This document shows, piece after piece, positions 1-10,882 of a stretch of DNA of 32,000 nt. Under the pieces are notes generated by a model. The model did no database searches. It was not told the DNA's origin and saw only the letters and a list, made by a program, of their open reading frames with translations. The DNA comes from Candidatus Saccharimonadota bacterium (GTDB lineage Bacteria > Bacteroidota > Bacteroidia > Cytophagales > Amoebophilaceae): assembly GCF_936981045.1 (NCBI RefSeq), contig NZ_OW441264.1, positions 90,001 through 122,000 of the forward strand, in the 5' to 3' direction. Numbering within the stretch: the stretch's first letter is position 1; every line of letters starts with the position of its first letter. The translations under genes and the position numbers were made by a program.

Positions 1-567
1 GTAGCTTCTATATATATGGGTATAAAGTGGGTCCGTATGGGTCCATGAAGAAAGTAAACTATTCTCTACATTTCGGTAGGCTTCTAAAGATTGCTTTAAA
101 GTTGCTAACCAAGTTGGGTGTTCCAATAATACCTGTAAAGTGCGCTGACGGTTGGATAGTGTCGCAATATCGCTGGTTGGGGTTACTAAGAGTGTAGCCA
201 ACGCATACTCACCTAATACAGTAGCGGTCCGGTTAATGCGTGACAGGAAGTGATGCGTTGGATTACTCGATCCACCACAAAACAGCATCAAATCTACCCA
301 CACATTATCGTTCAATATAGCACCACGTTCTGACGGAATGCTGGCATCAATGTCAGAAAATATCGTACGTAGTACTACTTTACGTTGCGTACTTTCAGCT
401 AGTTTTATTTTATCCATTTGTAGAAGGGTCTGCTGATTGATCTTTGAAGGCAATAACGTAGAAGCGCGCGAGCCAATGGGGAAAGACCTTAGGTAGTAAC
501 TTGAAATTTTTTCAGCAGTCGATTCATGACCTCCTTTTGGATGGGCAAATGCCCAGTTGCTACTCAT
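1..567 (-). CDS. MutS-family protein, N-terminal part (ORF runs off the window start)
   Basis: ATG at 565-567 (minus) opens a stop-free frame of 189 codons to the window edge; it is absent from the ORF track because it is truncated. My translation contains ...FLSRINRTATVLGEYALATLLVTPTSDIATLSNRQRTLQVLLEHP... This fits, from memory, the MutS core-domain signature (T-x-x-G-x-x-x-L ... P-x-x-D-x-x-x-I-x-x-R). No search was run. Confidence 0.45.
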   Translation of the reverse strand, partial: MSSNWAFAHPKGGHESTAEKISSYYLRSFPIGSRASTLLPSKINQQTLLQMDKIKLAESTQRKVVLRTIFSDIDASIPSERGAILNDNVWVDLMLFCGGSSNPTHHFLSRINRTATVLGEYALATLLVTPTSDIATLSNRQRTLQVLLEHPTWLATLKQSLEAYRNVENSLLSSWTHTDPLYTHIYRSY

Positions 568-744
568 AATACTTAACGATAAGGTGAAATAAATATAATG
601 CTTCTTATATAGTTGCTATTGCGTCTCATAGTGGGTAAAAATAAAACGTATTGTTGGAGTTGCTGAACAACTTTAAATTTGCTTTCTTTGCTACACACCC
701 TAATATAATGTTTTATGTATTATAAAAGTAAAATCACTGCTTTA

Positions 745-3075
745 TCAGCAAGCCATAGTGCTTTTTTTACTTTTTTTTGATTTTGTATTGTTTCCCAAAA
801 TGTTTAAACATTCCTCGAAACTGAGTAACCTAGGATCTGCAATGTCTTTAGGAATACGGGTATGGTTTTTACCATTTTTAATATAGGCCCCCCATTTCCC
901 GTTTAAAATTTGTATGGTGGGTGCTTCAGCGAAAGTTTTGATCAGCTTTTCAGCATCTGCTTTCCGTTTGGCTTCAATAATGGCTATGGCTCCCTGTTCA
1001 TTAATTGCAAATGGATCATCCGTTTTGGGTATGGAATAGAATAGGGAACCATGTTTAATGTAGGGACCAAATCTACCTATGTTGATCATCAGTGGCAGCG
1101 TTTCAAATGTCCCCACTACACGTGGTAGTTTAAAAAGTTCTAAGGCCTCTTCTAACGTAATCGTTTCCATACGCTGATTGGCCCGTAGTCCTGCAAAACG
1201 AGGCGCTTCCTCATGGCCATCTGCTTCGATGCCTAACTGAACCAATGGACCATATTTACCTAATCGAACCATTACGGAAGCATGGGTTACTGGATCTTTT
1301 CCTAAAAGTCTAGTATATTTTACCATAGAGCGGTCTATACCAGCCGTAGCTTGAACTTTAGGATAAAAGCCGCTATAGAATTCACTTAACATCTGATTCC
1401 AAATTTTAGTACCTTGTGCAATTTTATCCAGCTCTTTTTCCACATGTGCGGTAAAATTATAGTCGGTTATATCAGAAAAGTGTTTGACCAAAAAGTCATT
1501 GACCACCGCAGCCATATCGGTGGGAAAAAGCTTTTGTTTCTCTGTGCGAACGATTTCAGTTAGTTTTTCTTTATGAATCAGGTTATTTTGTAGTGTTAAT
1601 AACCTATAGGCGCGTAGAAAGCCTTCACGAGACTCCATCTTAATATACCCTCTTTTCTGAATAGTGGCAATAATGGGTGCATAGGTAGATGGACGTCCAA
1701 TTTCCTTTTCTTCTAAATCTCTAACCAAAGTGGCCTCAGTATACCGAGCAGGCGGATTAGTGAATCGTTCTCTGGCCAACATTTTCTCTAAGCAAAGTTC
1801 CTGGCCTATATGGAGTGATGGCAACATCGTTTTGGCATCATCTGACGCTTCTTCATTCACTTGGTCGCGTATGTATGCCTTTAGAAAGCCTTCAAATTTC
1901 AATACTTCTCCTGTTGCGATCAGTGGTTGGTCTGTAGTAGAGATTTGAATGGTTGCTATGGTTTTTTCTATTTGTGCATCAGCCATCTGAGCAGCCATAG
2001 CCCTACACCAAATGAGTTCATATAGCCGTTGTTCATCTTTACGGCTACTGGCTACTTTTAGTGAAAAATCAGTAGGTCGTATCGCTTCATGAGCTTCTTG
2101 TGCAGTGGATGATTTAGTCGTATAACTTCTAGCCTGGAAATAGGCAGCTCCATAGGTTGTGGAGACCATTTCCGATATATTTTGTATGGCCTCTTGTGAA
2201 AGATTTACAGAGTCTGTCCTCATATAAGAAATTTTACCTGTTTCATAGAGCTGTTGAGCCAGTACCATCGTACGGTTGACAGAATAGCCAAGCTTTCTAC
2301 TAGCCTCTTGCTGTAAAGTAGAGGTTGTAAAAGGAGGAGAGGGAGATCGTTTTAATGCTTTCGTATCCAATGCTTTAATGGAGAAGATTGCTCCTTTGCA
2401 TTTTTCTAAAAATGCAAAAGCTTCTTCCTCCGTTTTAAACTTCTCTCCACCATCTGCTTTCAATAATTGTCCCGTCGGTAGAATAAAAAAAGCAGCCACC
2501 GCAAAGTTAGAAGTTGCAACAAAGCGATCAATCGCTCTTTCTCGCTCTACGACCATCCTTACCGCAACAGATTGTACACGGCCTGCAGAAAGGCCTGGTT
2601 TAATCTTTTTCCACAATAATGGCGATAAATCATAGCCTACTAATCTGTCTAAAACACGCCTGGCTTGCTGTGAGTCAACTAAAGCTAAGTCGATGGTACG
2701 CGGCTGCTTGAATGCGTTTAATACAGCCATTTTAGTAACTTCTCTAAAAACAATGCGTTGCACCTTTTCATCCTTTAACTTCAGCGCTTCTTTTAAATGC
2801 CACGAAATAGATTCTCCTTCTCGGTCATCATCACTAGCTAAATAGACACAATCAGAGCTATGGGCCAACTTTTTAAGGTACTGTACTACCCTTTCCTTTC
2901 CAGGGCTGATTTCATAACTAGGCAAAAACCCTTGCTCAATGTTAATAGCATTATTGCCCTTCATAAGGTCTCTAATATGACCATTTGAGGAAGCTACTTG
3001 ATAGTTACTGCCTAGGTAACGTTCGATCGTTTTGGCTTTTGCAGGTGACTCAACAATAACTAGATTTTTTGCCAT
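745..3075 (-). CDS. topA: DNA topoisomerase I (type IA)
   Basis: 776-aa ORF. It has an N-terminal Toprim domain (VIVESPAKAKTIERYLG, DDDREGE) and the active-site Tyr context GKISYMRTDS. The C-terminal repeats lack Cys4 zinc ribbons, as is common in Bacteroidota. Confidence 0.97.
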   Translation of the reverse strand: MAKNLVIVESPAKAKTIERYLGSNYQVASSNGHIRDLMKGNNAINIEQGFLPSYEISPGKERVVQYLKKLAHSSDCVYLASDDDREGESISWHLKEALKLKDEKVQRIVFREVTKMAVLNAFKQPRTIDLALVDSQQARRVLDRLVGYDLSPLLWKKIKPGLSAGRVQSVAVRMVVERERAIDRFVATSNFAVAAFFILPTGQLLKADGGEKFKTEEEAFAFLEKCKGAIFSIKALDTKALKRSPSPPFTTSTLQQEASRKLGYSVNRTMVLAQQLYETGKISYMRTDSVNLSQEAIQNISEMVSTTYGAAYFQARSYTTKSSTAQEAHEAIRPTDFSLKVASSRKDEQRLYELIWCRAMAAQMADAQIEKTIATIQISTTDQPLIATGEVLKFEGFLKAYIRDQVNEEASDDAKTMLPSLHIGQELCLEKMLARERFTNPPARYTEATLVRDLEEKEIGRPSTYAPIIATIQKRGYIKMESREGFLRAYRLLTLQNNLIHKEKLTEIVRTEKQKLFPTDMAAVVNDFLVKHFSDITDYNFTAHVEKELDKIAQGTKIWNQMLSEFYSGFYPKVQATAGIDRSMVKYTRLLGKDPVTHASVMVRLGKYGPLVQLGIEADGHEEAPRFAGLRANQRMETITLEEALELFKLPRVVGTFETLPLMINIGRFGPYIKHGSLFYSIPKTDDPFAINEQGAIAIIEAKRKADAEKLIKTFAEAPTIQILNGKWGAYIKNGKNHTRIPKDIADPRLLSFEECLNILGNNTKSKKSKKSTMAC

Positions 3076-3776
3076 ACCAATGTTTGTTGTAATAAAAAAT
3101 AGTACTATATAATAGCATGATGCCAGACCACATAATATAAAGCTTAGGAAAATGCTAACTTATCTTAAGCATCGCTTTCGCTTCACCCTATTGTGTTATC
3201 TTATGGGTTTAGTTTCATCTCAATTTACAAATGGTTGTTTGATTATAGCATATCATGCCTCCTAAGTAAGTTACAATGTTTCATATAATCAGTCTACTAA
3301 AACCCTAGAAATGATTGTAATGCGCGCACTATTTTCATATTTCATACCCCCTAACCATTTAGATGATAGCTACTCAACTCTAAGGTTCAACATTTCCGAC
3401 TACTTCAGCTGGATACTAAACTGTTAGTTAGTGTATGTTAATTTATTTAATTTTCAAAAAATAACTTTGCTTGAAGCGCTCAAATGCCATTTGCAACGGA
3501 TGCACGCACACGGTTTATCCATCAACCTAGCATTCCTTTGTTTCAACCCGCGCAGCGGGCTGAGTGTATGATTTTCCCGCTGGACAATAGATTGGTTTAT
3601 AATAATTTTACTACGTGCCAAATGTTTTATCGAAGGCCATCAGCGGTGGGGCATACCCACCATCCATAAAGTGCTTTTTGCACGTTTGCGTTAAAATATA
3701 TAAAATTTAATCATCTGATTATTAAATAGTTTATAAAATAAAGAAGGTTTTTCCTTCTTTATTTCTGATAAATGTA

Positions 3777-3806
3777 TTGCAAATTATAAAAAAGTATGTA
3801 CCTTTG
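3777..3806 (+). promoter_or_regulatory. candidate Bacteroidota sigma-A promoter upstream of the 16S rRNA gene
   Basis: aTTG (3776-3779), 19 nt, then TAccTTTG (3799-3806). This matches the published Bacteroides consensus TTTG-N19-21-TAnnTTTG and lies about 185 nt upstream of the mature 16S 5' end. A 9-bp hairpin plus T-run sits just upstream (3739-3761). Motif match only. Confidence 0.3.
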
Positions 3807-3990
3807 TACCAGAGTTGATCAGGATGAGTTAGTAGCCAAGTAGAAGGTAAACAAGCTGGTTCTGGTTTAGCTTTAGTTCTTTGAAATGGATGTAGGTAAG
3901 AAGCTCATTAAGTATGAGTGAGAGGGAAGTGTGTGACTCAAGAAAAATCATTCCTAGTTTTATGATTAGGGATAACGTTAATAAATAATA

Positions 3991-5513
<1,523 letters not shown>

Positions 5514-5783
5514 TTATAGAGTGAGTGCTATCCCTCTCTTCTTACCGCATTTGTTTTAAATGTTGTTTGCGCGCTCTTTAAAGGTTTTTAATATCTTGTG
5601 CCTTTTTATCTTTCTATTTTTATTCTAGTAGTTGAAAGCTAGGTAATAAATATGGCTATGTTTTTAATTAACCTAAAATTAGCTACAACAGAAAGTTTAA
5701 ACCAATATTCCATATGTTTAGATGGATATAATAGATAATAATTTCATTTTCAATAATGAAGGTTATTTTTATCTAGAAGGATA

Positions 5784-6142
5784 ACCATCAAAGCATGCAT
5801 TATACAAAAGTATACGTTACGCTTAACGCTTAGGGCGTTGATCGTACAAGAAGGTAAGCTCCTTTTAGTAAGTAATGATGGGCATTTTTGGTCTACGCCA
5901 GTAGTAAAAATTACCCACACAAAGTAGAGGTGTATTTTACAGCCAGCATCAAGTCTGATATTATCCCTAAAGATTGGTCAGACAAAGATGGTAGCGTTCA
6001 ATATTTTAGGTTTTTTTCATTTAAGGAGCTAAAGCGTATGGATGCTGTTGCACCTAATTTCCTAAAAGAAGGTAAATGGCTTAAAACTAATGTTGAAAGC
6101 GTATACGAACGGAGTGCAGTAAGTTGCCCTTTTCCGAAATAA
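5784..6142 (+). pseudogene. NUDIX hydrolase remnant (Nudix box missing, no start codon)
   Basis: The frame from 5784 reads ...LRALIVQEGKLLLVSNDGHFWSTP and then hits a stop where GG-x5-E-x7-REUxEExGU is expected. A different frame (ORF 5888-6142) carries a NUDIX-like C-terminus (VEVYFTASI...YFRFFSFKELKRMD..PNFL). Confidence 0.5.
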
Positions 6143-6221
6143 AATTGTATTCGTTAAGACAGTACCCTCAAGGAAAAATATCAATGATCATTGCAGTGTA
6201 GCTATGTGTGCCCTTTTAGTA

Positions 6222-6502
6222 TTGTGGCAATGTTATGAAAAAACAGAAAAACCGTCCCTTGTAAAAAGTTGCGGTGAGCAAGCAGACTTTACGGTTGATC
6301 AGAAAGACAGCATGCTTGAAGCCCGCGCAGCGGGCAAGTTCTGTTCTTCCAGCTGTAAGGTTTTGATTTTTTGCACACCTTTTTTATTAAGAAAAAGGTG
6401 TGCAAAAAATTCTTTTTTTACTACTAGCCTGAACAGATACCTTCTGTTTTCCCCCGTGTGCTTTCAGTAACTTTTTACAAGGGACGGTTTTTCTGTTTTT
6501 TA
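6222..6502. repeat. hairpin-type MITE (MITE-B), copy 1
   Basis: Terminal inverted repeats are AAAAAACAGAAAAACCGTCCCTTGTAAAAAGTT (about 6236-6270) and AACTTTTTACAAGGGACGGTTTTTCTGTTTTTT (about 6469-6501). The same ends and 5' flank (TTGTGGCAATGTTATG) recur at 21928-22088. The interior is largely self-complementary. Confidence 0.7.
6366..6419 (+). terminator. perfect long stem-loop followed by a T-run, inside MITE-B copy 1
   Basis: TTTTTTGCACACCTTTTT (loop TATTAAG) AAAAAGGTGTGCAAAAAA, followed by TTCTTTTTTTA. This has the geometry of an intrinsic terminator. No expressed gene obviously needs it. Confidence 0.3.
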
Positions 6503-6936
6503 GGCAGTGTGGTCATTGAATCAAGGATACCCTTTATAAGGAGCGCTTTTTTCGTAGCGTTACCCTGCAATGGCCATGAATAACTTCCTTAAACCTCTAC
6601 CGTTCGTTGAACGGATAGATCTAAAGAACTAGTATCTAGTACTAGCACAAAGCCATATAATTACCAACCCTGCCTTAATTTTTACCTACTTACGAAAGTA
6701 CTTGTCTCGTACGTAATGAAACAACAAATAGTTCATTGCAATCATGTATAGTGCTATGGCAATGGCAAAACCTGTTTTAAATGATATCATAGACAAAAGA
6801 ATAATAAAGCATTGTATAAAAAGCAACAATATTAATTTATAATTATTATCGAAACAATCCAAAAAATTTTGAAATACAGCATTATACTATACTAGATGGC
6901 TCTGTCCACTTAAGTGTGTAAATTATTTTTTTGGTT

Positions 6937-7589
6937 CTATTCAATTCTGTTTTCAAATTTAATTAAAAAATGTGCCATAGTCTCGCTCCAGTTATGAATA
7001 GAGGTGGTCCATTTTCTAGTCATGTAGTTAATAGTTAGATATAATGTTTTAAAAACAGCTAGATCGTTAGGGAACACTTTTTTATTTTTGGTAACTCTAC
7101 GAAATTGGCTATTTACAGATTCCAAACATTTGTTGTGTAAATGACCTTACGTATGGCATTAGGGTACTGTAAAAATACCATCAGATTATCCCAGTTAGCA
7201 TACCAAGATTGGGCTATTTGTGGGTATTGTTGATTCCACTTAGTAGCAAAAGCTTCTAAGGCCATCAATGCTTCTTGCTCGGTAACTGCTGTATAAATTG
7301 GTTTTAAATCAGCAACTAATACCTTTCTATGTTTATAAGAAACATACTGCAAACTACCCCTAATTGCATGAACAATACAGAGCTGATGTTCTGTTTTTGG
7401 GTATACAGCAGCAATGGCCTCAGACATGCCTGACAAATTATCTGTACATGCAATGAGCATATCGTTCATACCCCGATTTTTGAGTTCTGTTAAATTGCCT
7501 AACCAAAATTTAGCCCCTTCATTTTCACTCATCCAAAGCCCTAAAACATCCTTTATGCCAGATCTATCTATACCTAAAGCAACATAGAC
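6937..7589 (-). pseudogene. IS256-family (Mutator-type) transposase, 5'-truncated and frameshifted
   Basis: ORFs 7113-7532 and 6937-7125 together read VYVALGIDRSGIKDVLGLWMSENEGAKFW...CIVH...IYTTN / ESVNSQFRRVTK..FPND. These are classic IS256 motifs, interrupted by a -1 shift near 7120. The frame stays open up to 7589, where the IS6 copy cuts it. The IS terminus GGCTCTGTCCACTTAAGTGTGTA is at 6903-6925. Confidence 0.85.
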
Positions 7590-8422
7590 GGTTCTGTCGC
7601 GTTTATTCTAAAAAATGATTATTTTAGTATCGGTATTTAAAAAAGTAGTTATTATGTTTAATATTTCTCCTGAGTTATTACCATATTTTAAAGGTTATTG
7701 TTCTTCATCAGAAGTCATCCTGTTATTTGTGTACATGAAGTGTCGTTTTTCCTTGAGCTATAGAGATTTGGAAGAGATGATGCGTATGAGAGGCGCAAGA
7801 GTTGATCATTCTACGCTACAGAGATGGGTTATTAAGTTTGTTCCTCTGATAGATAAAGCAGTAAGAAAAAGAAAACGACCAGTTGGTAGTAGTTGGAGAA
7901 TGGATGAAACCTATGTTAAACTAAACGGGAAGTGGATCTATTTATATAGAGCAGTAGATCGTTATGGTGATACAGTTGACTTTTTTCTATCTGATCATAG
8001 AGACAAGTCTTCAACGCTTTCTTTTTTTCGCAAGGCGATCACAGAAAATAATATTCCTAAGAAAGTAGTAATTGACAAAAGCGGTAGTAATAAAGCTGCC
8101 CTTGATGCGATCAATACAGATCTTGATCAAGATCATACCATTCAAATATTGCAAAACAAATATTTGAATAATAGAGTTGAACAAGATCATAGGTTTATCA
8201 AAAAACGGATAAAACCTATGCTGGGTTTTAAGAATTTTTATTCTGCTTCCATTACTATTTCAGGGATAGAAAACATTCGTATGATTCAAAAAGGACAAGT
8301 AAGAGGAGCTAAAAATCATCTTTCTACTTTTGAGAACTTTGCTATCTTAATGGCCGCATAATATCCAAAATTTGACTTAAACGAAAAACCTATACTAAGA
8401 AAACTATAGACGCGACAGAACC
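7590..8422 (+). mobile_element. IS6-family insertion sequence, full-length copy a (833 bp)
   Basis: The ends are GGTTCTGTCGCGT (7590) and its inverse ACGCGACAGAACC (ending 8422). The IR tip resembles the IS257/IS431 tip GGTTCTGTTGCAAAGT. It carries one transposase ORF. Near-identical copies are at 14993, 22097, 27815 and 29362. Confidence 0.95.
7615..8361 (+). CDS. IS6-family DDE transposase
   Basis: 248-aa ORF with WRMDETYVKLNGKWIYLYRAVD ... KYLNNRVEQDHRFIKKR (IS26/IS240-type DDE). The first ATG is 25 nt from the IS tip. The true start may be M14 (MFNISPELL, 7654). Confidence 0.95.
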   Translation: MIILVSVFKKVVIMFNISPELLPYFKGYCSSSEVILLFVYMKCRFSLSYRDLEEMMRMRGARVDHSTLQRWVIKFVPLIDKAVRKRKRPVGSSWRMDETYVKLNGKWIYLYRAVDRYGDTVDFFLSDHRDKSSTLSFFRKAITENNIPKKVVIDKSGSNKAALDAINTDLDQDHTIQILQNKYLNNRVEQDHRFIKKRIKPMLGFKNFYSASITISGIENIRMIQKGQVRGAKNHLSTFENFAILMAA

Positions 8423-8441
8423 ATTTTTACTGCCTGTCAGA

Positions 8442-8870
8442 TTAAATCTTGACTACTACAGCTGACGAAAATATAGACGCGGCAGAACCAATTGCCATAG
8501 GGTATGTAAATAGTAATAGGTGCAGTAAGTTTAGCCCAAAATGAACGATCATCGAGCATAATATTTTACCTGTTTTATAATAGGTATATCCGTAACAGAC
8601 ACTAGCAATAGTTGCAAGCCCAATATAGGTAAGCCCTCCCTGAAAATGCACCATACCAAATACTGAAGAAGTGATTATAATGGCCCATAACTCGTTTTTA
8701 CTGGTGTAGTTCTTTAAAGCATTTTGTAACGCGTTTTGCAAGAAGCCACGAAAAATTATTTCTTCCTCCATGCAGACTAAAAAGAAATTATGCATTGCCC
8801 ACGTCAATACTATATTGGGCAGATGAGGTTCAAATAATATATGGCCATTTATATATGCAGGAATAAACAC
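8442..8870 (-). CDS. CPBP-family (CAAX/Abi) intramembrane protease, C-terminal fragment with IS-derived tail
   Basis: It contains the EEEIIFRGFLQ motif, FGMVHF and a later HFGLN, all typical of PF02517-type proteases. The last 15 codons (GSAASIFSSAVVVKI) start exactly at the solo IR at 8489. Confidence 0.7.
   Translation of the reverse strand: MFIPAYINGHILFEPHLPNIVLTWAMHNFFLVCMEEEIIFRGFLQNALQNALKNYTSKNELWAIIITSSVFGMVHFQGGLTYIGLATIASVCYGYTYYKTGKILCSMIVHFGLNLLHLLLFTYPMAIGSAASIFSSAVVVKI
8465..8489 (+). repeat. solo right-end IR remnant of the IS6-family element
   Basis: ACGAAAATATAGACGCGGCAGAACC matches the right-end variant seen at 13355-13379 and 13824-13848. No transposase is attached. Confidence 0.7.
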
Positions 8871-8926
8871 TAATGGAATAGACCATACATAGGGAATAAC
8901 GGTATGCTTTATGAACTGTTGACAAC

Positions 8927-9343
8927 TTAGATTATTTTTTTTTCTAAAAAATATAGATCACTCATACAATAAACCATTAGTATAACCATAGGTTGATCAA
9001 AGTTTACATACATTGAAACGGGTATGGATAAGGTTGATAATTTTATTTCATTGATAACCAGTATATTAGAAAAACCTGGGAGACAATGAAGCGCAGCTGC
9101 TAATATAAATGCATATATTATTATACGTAATAAAATCTTTACTAACTTGTTGAGTCGAAGGTTCAAATAGATATAATTAATAGAAGTAAATAGCACTAAA
9201 AAACAGATTCCAATAGTGTTGATTACACCCTGGTACCACCCTACTAAATTGGTAGTCATTATCAACAGGTAAGTAGGCCTTCTTTGTTTACAAGATAAAG
9301 CCGCCACTATGGTGGACATGAAAAAAAGATAGGTGGCATGCAT
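8927..9343 (-). CDS. polytopic membrane protein; probable N-terminal half of the same CPBP gene (frameshifted)
   Basis: 138 aa, very hydrophobic. The downstream CPBP frame stays open back to 8942 and overlaps this ORF's end across a T9 (coding-strand A9) run at 8935-8943. Confidence 0.5.
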   Translation of the reverse strand: MHATYLFFMSTIVAALSCKQRRPTYLLIMTTNLVGWYQGVINTIGICFLVLFTSINYIYLNLRLNKLVKILLRIIIYAFILAAALHCLPGFSNILVINEIKLSTLSIPVSMYVNFDQPMVILMVYCMSDLYFLEKKII

Positions 9344-9364
9344 TTTATATAAGCAATGTAGAAC

Positions 9365-10462
9365 CTACACATTAAAACGAAAAAGCATTACATCCCCATC
9401 TTGCACTATGTAATCTTTACCTTCTATGCGTAGCTTGCCCGCTTCACGACAACCATTTTCACTTTTATAGGTCTTATAATCGTCAAAAGTAATAACTTCT
9501 GCCTTAATAAATCCACGTTGAAAGTCTGTATGAATCACGCCAGCCGCTTGAGGCGCTTTTGTGCCTTTTTGAATGGTCCATGCCCGTACTTCTTGTGGCC
9601 CTACCGTAAAGTAGGTAATAAGTCGAAGGAGGGAATAAGCGGATTGAATCAACTTATCTAATGCAGATTCCATAAGGTTGTATTCTTTTAGGAAAAACGC
9701 TTTGTCATCGCTATTTAATGCATTTAGTTGCATTTCTAGTGCCGTGGAGCCAATGATCACCTTACCATTGTCTTCTGCAATAGCCTGTTTCAAGGCAGCC
9801 AAGTGAGGGTTTATGTTGCCAACTATAGTTGCCTCATCTGCATTAGCAAAGTAAATAACAGGTTTTAAGGTTAATAGTTGCCAACCATCTATCAATGGCT
9901 GGTCAGTTGCTTCTACTTGGATGGTGCGTGCATCACGGCCCTGTTTTAGCTCTGTTAAAAATAGGTTCAACAGTTCGTAAGTCCGTTGTTGTGCTTTAGC
10001 GCCATGTTTAGCAAGTTTTTCCATTTTGTCCAATCTTTTGGTTAAGGTATCAATATCCTTACACCGTAGCTCATGGTCAATAACTTGTTTGTCAAACACA
10101 GGATCTACACTGCCCGCTACGTGTACTACATCTTCATCTTCAAAACACCTGATTACATGTACAATAGCATCCACTTCTCGAATATGGCTAAGGAATTTAT
10201 TACCCAATCCTTCTCCTTGATGGGCATCCTTGACCAACCCAGCTATATCTACAAACTCGATAGCAGCAGGTATCGCATTTTTAGAATGCACCCATGTGAC
10301 AAGTAGTTCCATACGTGGATCTGGTACAGCTACTACACCTACATTAGGCTCTATAGTACAAAAAGGAAAGTTAGCCGAAGCTACATTTCCTTTTGATAAG
10401 CTATTAAATAGCATAGATTTACCCACATTAGGCAAGCCAACAAGACCACATCTTAAAGCCAT
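9365..10462 (-). CDS. ychF: ribosome-binding/redox-regulated ATPase YchF
   Basis: 365 aa. It has [15 protein letters not shown] (P-loop), FCTIEPN, the DIAGLV motif and a C-terminal TGS-like [18 protein letters not shown]. Confidence 0.95.
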   Translation of the reverse strand: MALRCGLVGLPNVGKSMLFNSLSKGNVASANFPFCTIEPNVGVVAVPDPRMELLVTWVHSKNAIPAAIEFVDIAGLVKDAHQGEGLGNKFLSHIREVDAIVHVIRCFEDEDVVHVAGSVDPVFDKQVIDHELRCKDIDTLTKRLDKMEKLAKHGAKAQQRTYELLNLFLTELKQGRDARTIQVEATDQPLIDGWQLLTLKPVIYFANADEATIVGNINPHLAALKQAIAEDNGKVIIGSTALEMQLNALNSDDKAFFLKEYNLMESALDKLIQSAYSLLRLITYFTVGPQEVRAWTIQKGTKAPQAAGVIHTDFQRGFIKAEVITFDDYKTYKSENGCREAGKLRIEGKDYIVQDGDVMLFRFNV

Positions 10463-10540
10463 GAATCAAATGTATAGAATGAAAAACCTGAATGGAGTGC
10501 TTACAAGTATCTAAATATACTCGGGCTAGATCTGGGTCCT

Positions 10541-10846
10541 TTATTTGCTTGAATTTCGCTCTGCATTACGATCAAATTGATCAAATGCATAATCAGCCAT
10601 TAGTGTCGTTTTAAGGTGATCAACCACTTCATTAAGCGCACGAATGAATTTATTCACATCTTCTTTATATAGGAAGATTTTATGTTTTTCGTAAGCCATT
10701 CCATCCATTTCTGTTCTTTTCTTACTTTCTGTGATGGTCAGATAATAGTCTTTACCTCTGGTTGACTTTATATCAAAGAAATAAACTCTTTTTCCTGCAT
10801 TTACTCTTTTCGAATAAACTTCATCTAATCCTCTATGTGATTCCAC
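10541..10846 (-). CDS. PUR-alpha-like DNA/RNA-binding protein (DUF3276 family)
   Basis: 101 aa. VYSKRVNAGKRVYFFDIKSTRGKDYYLTITESKKR...YEKHKIFLYKEDVNKFIRAL is the conserved Bacteroidota DUF3276 pattern as I recall it. Confidence 0.8.
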   Translation of the reverse strand: MESHRGLDEVYSKRVNAGKRVYFFDIKSTRGKDYYLTITESKKRTEMDGMAYEKHKIFLYKEDVNKFIRALNEVVDHLKTTLMADYAFDQFDRNAERNSSK

Positions 10847-10882
10847 TGTATAATTAGTTTTATATATATTCTGCTAACGCCT

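Noticed and set aside
1730-2635. ORFs 1730-1948 and 2378-2635 (+).
   Set aside because: They are antisense shadow ORFs inside topA, with low-complexity Ser/Ala-rich translations and no motifs.
3484-3669. 61-aa ORF in the topA-16S spacer. It contains GC-rich hairpins (CCCGCGCAGCGGG at 3547-3559; GGTGGG-GCATA-CCCACC at about 3645-3661).
   Set aside because: It has no coding signature or recognisable family. The shared 13-mer with MITE-B copy 1 suggests a degraded repeat remnant, but the similarity is too short to call a third MITE-B copy.
6204-6470. 88-aa ORF 6204-6470 (+), and likewise 22018-22203 (+).
   Set aside because: Both run through MITE-B hairpin arms, and the second also runs into an IS end. 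They are artefacts of palindromic repeat sequence.
6700-6800. Possible 33-aa hydrophobic ORF on the minus strand (MISFKTGFAIAIALYMIAMNYLLFHYVRDKYFRK).
   Set aside because: It is a single copy with no conservation evidence and no recognisable signals. Such ORFs arise easily in AT-rich DNA.
10026-10514. ORFs 10026-10220, 10073-10306 and 10230-10514 (+).
   Set aside because: They are antisense to the well-supported ychF gene, i.e. shadow frames.
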